Shown here in pieces: positions 1 through 7,057 of a DNA stretch of 21,758 nt (positions within the stretch are counted from its first letter, which is position 1; each line of letters begins with the position of its first letter). Made by a program: the position numbers and the translations under genes. This DNA comes from Archangium sp. GTDB taxonomy: Bacteria; Myxococcota; Myxococcia; Myxococcales; Myxococcaceae. The stretch is from contig JANLPS010000472.1 of the NCBI GenBank assembly GCA_031367385.1, forward strand, positions 1-21,758. Direction: 5' to 3'. The notes below the pieces were generated by a model. The model worked only from the letters and a program-made list of their open reading frames with translations, had not been told where the DNA came from and ran no database searches.

Positions 1-1147
1 CGACCTCGCGGCGCACGTAGTCGCAGCCCAACCCCGCGCCCCCGGGCGAATCGACTCGAAAGATGATCGCCTTGACCTTGTCGTCATCGGCCGCTTCGCG
101 CAGCGACTTGATGATCGGCTCGGAGCCCTGGGTGTCTCCGCCGCCGAAGGGGCTGGTGCCAGCGCCTTTGCCCGAGACGATCAGCCCCACCGAGTAGATC
201 AACGCGAAGGTGTGTTGCCCTTTGGTGAGCCCCGCGTCGGTCGGGTCGACGTCTTTGTACTTCGAGGCCATCAACCACTTGAGCTTCTCTTTTTCTTTGG
301 TGCCGACCTTGGCGCGCAGCTCGGCCTCGAGCTCGTCCCAGTACAATGTCTTGTCGATCAGCTTGTGTTCGAGGGCCCACTCAGCCTTGGCACCGCCCTC
401 GTTGATCAGCGCAACCACCGCGTCTGTTTCGAGCTTTCGGTGCTGCGCCACCGCCGCGACGAAGCTCTTGAACACGCCCTGCAGCTCGCCGTTGAGCATC
501 TCGCGCACGGGCTCGGTGAACGCCTTCATGCCCATTTGCTGACCCGAGGCCGACTTGTATTTGCCGAACCGAAAATACTGCACCTCGATGCCAGCCTTCT
601 CGAGCAGGCCCGGGTAGTGCGCCAAATCCATCGCCATGCCGTCGAACTCGAAGCGCGAATCGGGCGGCATCACGATTTCGTCTGCGGGGAGCGCGAGCTC
701 GTATTCTTTCTCGCTCAGCGACTCCGAGTAGACGATCAAAAACTTGCCGCTCTTCTTGTACTCACTGAGCGCATCGCGGAGCTCCTCGACCTTGGCCCAG
801 CCGATTTGCACCTGATCGAGCACCAAGACCACACCCTTGATGCGCTTGTCGGCGGCGGCCTTCTTCAGGTTCATCACGTGCTGGTGAATGGTCAGCTGCT
901 TGGGGCCGAACAGATCATCGAAGCCCGAGGTGCGAACGAACTCGGGTATCGCGCCGCTCAAGGAGATCTTCAGCACCGCGCCATCGTCAACCGAGACCGA
1001 CTTGCCGGCGACCGCGGCCACCACGATGCCGATGACGGCCAGCAGCACGAACAGCCCGCACCCGACCAAGAACGCGACCGGCCCCCGACTCTTTTTCATC
1101 GGCATCGGGCGAGGTGGCGGCTGCATCGGGGCGTTGGGGTCGATCAT
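1..1147 (-). CDS. sppA: Signal peptide peptidase SppA (protease IV, long form); 3' part runs off the window
   Basis: Not in the ORF track because it has no stop in the window. Manual translation from ATG 1147 gives MIDPNAPMQPPPRP, an N-terminal TM (FLVGCGLFVLLAVIGIVVAAV), then KAAADKRIKGVVL, KVEELRDALSEYKKSGK, FGKYKSA (catalytic Lys motif) and DDDKVKAIIFRVDSPGG. Confidence 0.93.
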   Translation of the reverse strand, partial: MIDPNAPMQPPPRPMPMKKSRGPVAFLVGCGLFVLLAVIGIVVAAVAGKSVSVDDGAVLKISLSGAIPEFVRTSGFDDLFGPKQLTIHQHVMNLKKAAADKRIKGVVLVLDQVQIGWAKVEELRDALSEYKKSGKFLIVYSESLSEKEYELALPADEIVMPPDSRFEFDGMAMDLAHYPGLLEKAGIEVQYFRFGKYKSASGQQMGMKAFTEPVREMLNGELQGVFKSFVAAVAQHRKLETDAVVALINEGGAKAEWALEHKLIDKTLYWDELEAELRAKVGTKEKEKLKWLMASKYKDVDPTDAGLTKGQHTFALIYSVGLIVSGKGAGTSPFGGGDTQGSEPIIKSLREAADDDKVKAIIFRVDSPGGAGLGCDYVRREV

Positions 1148-1187
1148 GGCGTGGCCTGAGTAACCGCGAGGCCCACGCGGAGCAAGG

Positions 1188-1934
1188 TCAGTGATCGGTG
1201 AACAGACAGCTCGGGCGCTGCGAGTATCGGTGCTTGAACGGCACGTAGATCATGCACGACTGGTCGCCGTCGGTGAGCTCGCAGACCTCTTGGCAGCTGG
1301 CGTATTTCTGGTCGTGCTTGCGCTTGCTGGCCTCACCGGTGCGGGTGTCGACGACGCGATTGTACGCGGTGACCTCGGCCTCGTCGCCGTCTTCGCCGAG
1401 CGAGTGAAGGCTGGTGATCACGCCCTTCACCACGCCCTTCTTCCACATGCCGCGCTGGGCGGTCTGGGCTTCTCGCTGCGCCTCCAACACCGCGGGAGCC
1501 GCCTTGCCCTCGACCGCGTACGCCAGCGCGTACCCTTGTTTCACGATGTCGACGGCGAGGTCTGGGCAGTCGATCAGCAACCGCTTGTAGGCATCTTCTT
1601 TGCCGTCGGTGGTGCAGGCCCACTGGTGCGCGGCGGCGATGGTGCTGGCATCTTTGGCGATGGCGTAGAGCTCGACGGTTGTCCACTCCCCCCAGCGGTG
1701 CACCGGGCCGTAGGCTTCGAGGGTGTTGTAGCCCTTGAGCCGGGTGCCGCGCCCTTTGTACGGGCCCGAGCCGACCTTGAAGCTGTCGCCATCGGTCCAC
1801 CGCACTTCGGTGACTTCATCATTCAGCACGATGGTGCCGACCGCGTCGTGCTTGTCGACATTGGGCTTTTTGCCTCTGTCTTTCGCGCTCGCGACCAACC
1901 CCGCCAACACCACCACCCAGAACACGTGACGCAT
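1188..1934 (-). CDS. Secreted thermonuclease (staphylococcal nuclease-like) with a Cys-rich C-terminal extension
   Basis: Signal peptide; SNase motifs WTDGDSF, RLKGYNTLE, DAYKRLL, IVKQGYA and AQREAQTAQRGMW. Confidence 0.85.
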   Translation of the reverse strand: MRHVFWVVVLAGLVASAKDRGKKPNVDKHDAVGTIVLNDEVTEVRWTDGDSFKVGSGPYKGRGTRLKGYNTLEAYGPVHRWGEWTTVELYAIAKDASTIAAAHQWACTTDGKEDAYKRLLIDCPDLAVDIVKQGYALAYAVEGKAAPAVLEAQREAQTAQRGMWKKGVVKGVITSLHSLGEDGDEAEVTAYNRVVDTRTGEASKRKHDQKYASCQEVCELTDGDQSCMIYVPFKHRYSQRPSCLFTDH

Positions 1935-1961
1935 GCGCGCGAGAATGCCTGAACATCACTG

Positions 1962-1996
1962 CTGACACCACGCTGTCAGGAGCACCCCCGTACGGT
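1962..1996 (+). promoter_or_regulatory. Palindromic site CTGACA-N6-TGTCAG plus -10-like TACGGT upstream of the alkA-family gene
   Basis: CTGACA at 1962-1967, TGTCAG at 1974-1979 and TACGGT at 1991-1996, 6 nt before ATG 2003. No Shine-Dalgarno next to the start. Confidence 0.6.
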
Positions 1997-2002
1997 GTCA
2001 CC

Positions 2003-2935
2003 ATGACCCACTTCACGTTGACGCCCCGAGGCCCGTTTTCACTCTCTGCCATTCGCGAGTTCGGTTGCGGTTTGATGGTCGCCTCGCGCGAGTGCCCAAG
2101 CGCTGCGAACGAGGTGCGCCTCGCGTTTCCCCTCGATGGCACGCATCAAGCGGTGGGGGTGCGCATCGAGCAGACGGGGCCGAAACTGAAGGTCACGGTC
2201 GCAGGCACTGATCAGCACGAAGTGGTGCGGAGGCAGCTCGAGCGAATTCTGTCACTCGATCACGATGGGGAGGCCTACGCGGCGCTGCTGGCGAGTGACC
2301 CGGTGTTGACGGCCGCGGCGAAGCGCTCGCCTGGCTTTCGACCTCCGGTCTTCTATTCGCCCTATGCGGCAGCGGGCTGGTTGGTGCTCGGGCACCGCGT
2401 TCGACGTGCGCAGGCGACGAAGTGGCAGGGTGAAATCGCTCGGGCGTGCGGCGATGTGATCACCGTAGACGGAGTCGAGCTCGCTTCTTTTCCCCAACCC
2501 GAAAGCTTCTTGAGCCGCCGCGGCTTCGAGGGAATACCCGAGATCAAGTGGACGCGGTTGCAGGCCGTCGCCAGGGCCGCCATCAACGGGCAACTCGAGC
2601 TCGAGCAGCTCGTCTCTCGCCCGTACTCCGTCGCGCATGCCGCGCTGACCCGCATTCACGGCGTCGGCCCGTGGACAGCGGATGGAATTCTCTTTCGCGG
2701 TGCAGGCTTGGCCGACGCATTCATCACCAGCGAGCCGCAGATTCACCACGCGGTGCAGTTGGCGTACGGGCTCGCGAGCGTGCCTGACGACGACGCACTC
2801 GAGCGGGTCGCCCAGACCTGGAGACCGTTTCGCACCTGGGTCTCGGTGCTGCTGACCATGCAGTACTACCAAGCCACCGATGGCGTGGCCCCGACCCTTC
2901 GCAAGCGGGGCGCGGCCCGAAAGCGCGCGGCGTGA
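2003..2935 (+). CDS. alkA: DNA-3-methyladenine glycosylase II family (HhH-GPD)
   Basis: ILSLDHD, PGFRPP, SFPQPE, HhH motif LTRIHGVGPWTAD and C-terminal AQTWRPFRTW. Confidence 0.88.
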   Translation: MTHFTLTPRGPFSLSAIREFGCGLMVASRECPSAANEVRLAFPLDGTHQAVGVRIEQTGPKLKVTVAGTDQHEVVRRQLERILSLDHDGEAYAALLASDPVLTAAAKRSPGFRPPVFYSPYAAAGWLVLGHRVRRAQATKWQGEIARACGDVITVDGVELASFPQPESFLSRRGFEGIPEIKWTRLQAVARAAINGQLELEQLVSRPYSVAHAALTRIHGVGPWTADGILFRGAGLADAFITSEPQIHHAVQLAYGLASVPDDDALERVAQTWRPFRTWVSVLLTMQYYQATDGVAPTLRKRGAARKRAA

Positions 2936-3174
2936 GAGGCCGGGCTCTTTGGCGGCTCAGGCTGAGAGTGGTTTAGCGGGCGCTGTTGAGGTTCGCGAAC
3001 AAGGCATCTCGCTCGGCACGTCAGGCTTGGCTCGCCACCGTCGAGAGATGACCGGTACGGTCTGACCCCGCGGCCCGGCGAAACCCGAGGGCGCTCCGGC
3101 AATCGCTCGACCCACATCGCGCACACCGACACACCTGGCGTTTTGAGACAGTCCCGTTAGCGTCGAACACCACC

Positions 3175-4905
3175 ATGCAGTCGTCTTTTTCGCGATGGGT
3201 TGAATTTTGGGTCTCGGAGCGCCCGGCATCGGGTGATGAGGCCTGGCGGGCACGTCTGTCGATTCGACTGCTCAGCATGGGCATTCTGGGCGCCCTCGGC
3301 ATCACGCTGGTGTACGCAGCCCAGGGAGTGGCCCCAACGGCGATCGGGTGCCTGGTGCTCGGCTTGCTCTGGCTCGCATGTCTGGCTGCGTTTCGCCGCG
3401 GCATTGCCCCGCCTCTCGTGGCGCACATCGCCATCGGCGCCTTTGCCATCTGCGTCGCGATACCTTTCTTGGCGCAAACGCAGTTTCAGCCCGACCTGTT
3501 GGCCTGGGCGGTATTTTTGCCGCAGTTGGGCTCGCTGATGGTCGGCCGCCGCGCGGGCATCGTCTGGGCGGCCGCCGCGGTCGGCCTGGTGATCGTCGCG
3601 ATGCTCTTGCACCCGGTGGTGCCGCACTTTTCGTCGGAGCCTCCGCTCGCCCAGATCAGCGCGCTGCGAGTCGTCTTGATGGTGCTGTTGACCCTTCTGT
3701 TAGGGGTTCAGTTCGACCGTGAAGACTCCCGCGGTCGGCAAGCCCTCGAGCAGGCCAACCGCGCACGCTCGGCGTTTTTGGCCACGATGTCGCACGAGAT
3801 TCGAACCCCGATGAACGGGGTGTTGGGCATGACGGAGGTGATGCTCCAGAGCACCAGCCTCACCGAAGAGACACGCGAGCAGCTCTCGTTGATTCAACGC
3901 AGCGGCCACTCGCTGGTGGCGCTGATCAACGACATTCTCGATTTTTCGAAGGTCGAAGCGGGCAAGTTGAAGCTCGAATCGCACGACTTCGACCTGGTCG
4001 AGCTGATGGACGACCTGCAGCATTTATTCGAGCACGTGGCCCAGCAAAAAGGGGTGCGCCTCGATTTGAGCACCATGAATGGAGTGCCTCGGCTGCTCCG
4101 CGGCGACTCGCTGCGGTTGCGGCAGGTGCTCAACAACCTGATCAACAACGCGGTGAAATTCACGGCCCGCGGCTCAGTCGCGCTGCGGGCAAGGGTCGTC
4201 GAGACCGACGGCGCCAAGCTCTGCGTGCACTTCGCGGTCGAAGACACCGGCATCGGCATCGCGCCCGAGGTGCTGCCGAAGCTCTTCACCCTCTTCGAGC
4301 AAGGCGATGCCGGCACCACCCGGCGCTTTGGTGGCACCGGGCTTGGGTTGGCCCTGAGCAAGCAATTGGTGGCGTTGTTGAACGGCGAGCTCAAGGTCGA
4401 GTCGACCCTCGGTCAAGGCTCGGTGTTCAGCTTCTCGGTGTGGTTCGAGAAGGGCGTTCAAGCACTCGTCGACAGCAGCGGCGTTGGCTCGTCTGACGAA
4501 ACCCTGGTGCCGACGCGGCCGGTGTTGGTGGTCGACGACAATGCGATCAACCTGCGAGTCGCCTGCGGGTTGTTGCACAAGGCGGGCTACACGACCGAGT
4601 CGGCGAGCAACGGGCAAGAGGCGTTCGACATGGTCAAGTCGCAGCGCTACGCCCTGGTGCTGATGGACTGTCACATGCCGGTGATGGACGGCTTCGAGGC
4701 GACCGAGCGAATTCGAGGGCTCGATGGAGCCGCGGCGATGACGCCGATCATCGCGCTCACCGCGTCGGCGCTCCCCGAAGAGCTCGAGGCGTGCCGCCGC
4801 GCGGGCATGAACGAGTGTCTGACCAAGCCGGTCTCGTTCAAGATGTTGCAGCGCGCGTTGCATCAAGTCGCGCGGTACCAGGCGGTACTCGATCAAGACG
4901 CCTGA
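3175..4905 (+). CDS. Membrane-bound hybrid sensor histidine kinase (TM sensor-HisKA-HATPase-REC)
   Basis: About 6 N-terminal hydrophobic segments; H-box FLATMSHEIRTPMNGVLG; N-box NLINNAVKFT; DTGIGI; GGTGLGL; receiver VLVVDDN...LMDCHMPVMDG...ALTA...KP. Confidence 0.96.
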   Translation: MQSSFSRWVEFWVSERPASGDEAWRARLSIRLLSMGILGALGITLVYAAQGVAPTAIGCLVLGLLWLACLAAFRRGIAPPLVAHIAIGAFAICVAIPFLAQTQFQPDLLAWAVFLPQLGSLMVGRRAGIVWAAAAVGLVIVAMLLHPVVPHFSSEPPLAQISALRVVLMVLLTLLLGVQFDREDSRGRQALEQANRARSAFLATMSHEIRTPMNGVLGMTEVMLQSTSLTEETREQLSLIQRSGHSLVALINDILDFSKVEAGKLKLESHDFDLVELMDDLQHLFEHVAQQKGVRLDLSTMNGVPRLLRGDSLRLRQVLNNLINNAVKFTARGSVALRARVVETDGAKLCVHFAVEDTGIGIAPEVLPKLFTLFEQGDAGTTRRFGGTGLGLALSKQLVALLNGELKVESTLGQGSVFSFSVWFEKGVQALVDSSGVGSSDETLVPTRPVLVVDDNAINLRVACGLLHKAGYTTESASNGQEAFDMVKSQRYALVLMDCHMPVMDGFEATERIRGLDGAAAMTPIIALTASALPEELEACRRAGMNECLTKPVSFKMLQRALHQVARYQAVLDQDA

Positions 4906-4970
4906 TTCAGGGCACACCAACCAGAACGAGGGCCGAGAGCGTCGTGAAGGCCAGCCGCGCCGTGTGCGCA

Positions 4971-4987
4971 GAGGCTAAGGTAGCCTC
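4971..4987 (+). promoter_or_regulatory. Probable promoter element: inverted repeat GAGGCTA-agg-TAGCCTC containing -10-like hexamers TAAGGT and TAGCCT
   Basis: TAGCCT (4981-4986) lies 6 nt before ATG 4993. GAGGCTAAGGT (4971-4981) recurs at 7002-7012, upstream of moxR. Confidence 0.4.
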
Positions 4988-4992
4988 ACCGC

Positions 4993-6351
4993 ATGGCCGC
5001 CGGAGAAGACCGTCGTCGAAGGGCCGTGCTCTCCCGGGTCGGGCGGGTACGGCGCCGCTTGAATCTGCAGGTGTGGGCCGAGGCGCTGGTCGCTCCGATG
5101 TGGGTGGCGGTGACGCTCTTGGTGGTCGGCCGCGTGTTCTTGCCGGTGCGAGTCGAGCTGATTGCCCTCGTCGCAATCACCATCGCCGCGTTCGCGACGG
5201 TCGTTCGCGCGCGACCCCGACGAATCAGCATCGAGCAGGCCGCGGTCATCGCAGACCGTCAGGCCGGCGCCGGGGGTCTGTTGCTCACCCGCCTCGAGAC
5301 CGCGGTCGGTGCCTGGGAGCTCGGCCTCAATCAGCAGATCAAAGCCATTCGGCTGCCCCCGATTCGCCTCTGGGCCTCTGCGCGTTGGCTGGTGCTCGCG
5401 GTGCTGTTCGCCGCTGCCGGCACGTGGGTGCCACGCGTGAAGCACACTCCGCCTTCACTCAATGTGGCCGCGGCGTCTCGCGTTGATCAGGTCATCGACA
5501 AGGTCGAAGCGCTCGCTCAAGAAGAAGCAGTGCCCGATGCGATTGAGACTGAGCTCGCGCGCTTGCAGGCCGACCTCGAGACTGGTGCCTTCGACGCCAC
5601 CGACTGGGAAGCAGCGGATTCACTTGAGAAATCACTCGACGAGCGCGCCGCGCAGACCTCGACGACGCTTTCGAATGCAGAACAAGCAGCCGAGTCGCTA
5701 GGCCAAGCCCTCGCCGAAGCACAAGGTCAAGAAGGGGCCGAGGCCAAGCGCGAGGCGCTCGAGAAGGAGCTGATGAAGCTCGCCCAAGACTCAGCCTCAC
5801 CGCAGAGCAAGGGCACTGCCGCAGGAGAAAAGCCAGCCAACGCAGAAGCGGTGCGTGACGCGTTGGCGAAGCGGCGGGAGGCCCTGGCCAAGGCCTTCGG
5901 GCAAAAGCCTGGCAATGGCTCTTCGCCCAAAACCGCCTCGGGCAAGAAGGGGGCGAAGGGCACGAAGGCTGGCGGCGGCGCGCCGTCTGATCAACCCGGA
6001 GATCAACCATCTGACAAGCCTGGCAGCGACGGCACCGGGCACGCGTCGCATCAAGGCAAGGGCGTCGGCACCGGGCATGGCGATGCACCTCCGGCCGAGC
6101 TGGTCTTCGGTGGTGAAGCGAACATCGACCCTGATCGATTGAGGTTCGAAGCGTTGCCGCAGGGCAAAGGCGGCGACGACCCGGGAGCGCTCTACGGCTT
6201 GCGCGCGGCCGACCCCCACGTCGCGACCGATGTGCCGCGAACCAGCTCGCAGGGCATCACCGCCCCGGGAGCCCGCGCGGCGAGCCAGCGAGAGGGCCCG
6301 CTGCTGCCTCGCAATCGAGTGGTCATCGACCGGTACTTTCAGTCGAAGTGA
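4993..6351 (+). CDS. Membrane-anchored coiled-coil protein of the type found in MoxR gene clusters
   Basis: About 3 N-terminal TMs around ISIEQAAVIADRQAG...LLT, then an E/A/Q/K-rich coiled coil, a G/S/K low-complexity linker and C-terminal LLPRNRVVIDRYF. Confidence 0.8.
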   Translation: MAAGEDRRRRAVLSRVGRVRRRLNLQVWAEALVAPMWVAVTLLVVGRVFLPVRVELIALVAITIAAFATVVRARPRRISIEQAAVIADRQAGAGGLLLTRLETAVGAWELGLNQQIKAIRLPPIRLWASARWLVLAVLFAAAGTWVPRVKHTPPSLNVAAASRVDQVIDKVEALAQEEAVPDAIETELARLQADLETGAFDATDWEAADSLEKSLDERAAQTSTTLSNAEQAAESLGQALAEAQGQEGAEAKREALEKELMKLAQDSASPQSKGTAAGEKPANAEAVRDALAKRREALAKAFGQKPGNGSSPKTASGKKGAKGTKAGGGAPSDQPGDQPSDKPGSDGTGHASHQGKGVGTGHGDAPPAELVFGGEANIDPDRLRFEALPQGKGGDDPGALYGLRAADPHVATDVPRTSSQGITAPGARAASQREGPLLPRNRVVIDRYFQSK

Positions 6352-6354
6352 TGG

Positions 6355-6745
6355 TCACGGCGGCGCGTCACCAGTCGGCCCCAGCTCCAGCTCGTCGATT
6401 GCCACGGTGACTGCGAACGCGTCGGGGCCTATTTCTTCATTCGTGCGCTGCCATGCTGATCGAGGCGCTGACGACGCTGCACCCGGAGTGGGAGCCGCGG
6501 GGCCTCGACCTGAAGCATTGCGATCTCGCTCCCGAACCGCAGCAGAAGGCGGCGCCTTTCGAAACGTGTTCACCCCCGAGGCTTGGGCCCAGCTCAGCGT
6601 CATGCCGGGGTTCGGGCGCGCGCTCGACGCTGACTACCTCTTCATCGACGCTGCCGGGAACCCGCGAGTCGCGCTCCCGCGACGGTCGACTGACTTCGAA
6701 CGCCTGATCAATTCGGGCAACATCTTCGAAAGGGGTCACCCGCCC
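6355..6745. pseudogene. Mosaic of degraded coding fragments
   Basis: Minus-strand 3' fragment (...EIGPDAFAVTVAIDELELGPTGDAPP*, stop at 6355). Plus-strand GC3-rich segments in two different frames (MLIEALTTLHPEWEPRGLDL... from 6453; ...FRNVFTPEAWAQLSVMPGFGRALDADYLFIDAAGNP...). No single convincing intact gene. Confidence 0.35.
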
Positions 6746-6879
6746 CTGAGCGTCGAGGCCTCCTTGAAGTTGCCATGCGGGTCATCGGAGCCGCCCTTCG
6801 GCGTGCTGGTTTCAGCCGGCGTGAGCGTCTTCAGCATTTGAACGCAGAGGCTTCGAATCTTGACCTTGGTCGGTTTCAT
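6736..6879 (-). CDS. 47-aa small peptide, candidate double-glycine-leader precursor: MKPTKVKIRSLCVQMLKTLTPAETSTPKGG-SDDPHGNFKEASTLRGG
   Basis: ATG 6879 to TGA 6736; 38 of 47 codons end in G/C; TAAAAT (minus strand, 6892-6897) 12 nt upstream. Shorter than any ORF in the track. Confidence 0.55.
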   Translation of the reverse strand: MKPTKVKIRSLCVQMLKTLTPAETSTPKGGSDDPHGNFKEASTLRGG

Positions 6880-6906
6880 GGGTTCGGCACCATTTTACTC
6901 TTCTGC

Positions 6907-7004
6907 GTCGCCCGTACAGGCCCAGCCCGAATCCGGCCGGGCGACCGCTTGCCCTCAGACCGCGACCACCCATCGGGAGAAATGCCGCGATCGCTGAGGG
7001 CGAG
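6907..7004. other. Two adjacent GC-rich stem-loops in the divergent region between the peptide ORF and moxR
   Basis: GTCGCCCG 6907-6914 pairs with CGGGCGAC 6938-6945. CTTGCCCTCAG 6948-6958 pairs with CTGAGGGCGAG 6994-7004 (one G-U). Confidence 0.4.
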
Positions 7005-7057
7005 GCTAAGGTCTGACGCGCTGCCCCCAGCGCAACACCTCCAGGAGCTCTCCCAAC

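Noticed and set aside
212..1159. 315-aa plus-strand ORF and the other short ORFs over 84-1163
   Set aside because: Antisense or off-frame shadows of sppA, which has clear motifs on the minus strand.
2936..3056. Hairpins after alkA (e.g. CATCTC...GAGATG) as a terminator or ncRNA
   Set aside because: Imperfect stems with no U-tract; expected by chance at this GC content.
3059..3092. CTGA...CGAAAC looked like a hammerhead ribozyme or c-di-GMP riboswitch core
   Set aside because: The sequence is CTGACCC rather than CTGANGA, and the GEMM elements and required stems are missing.
5982..6030. PSDQPGDQPSDKPG quasi-repeat
   Set aside because: Ordinary low-complexity linker inside a CDS; not a CRISPR or mobile repeat.
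6230..6841. 203-aa plus-strand ORF as an intact gene
   Set aside because: It starts inside the upstream CDS out of frame, only the middle looks coding, and its end is the shadow of the minus-strand peptide.
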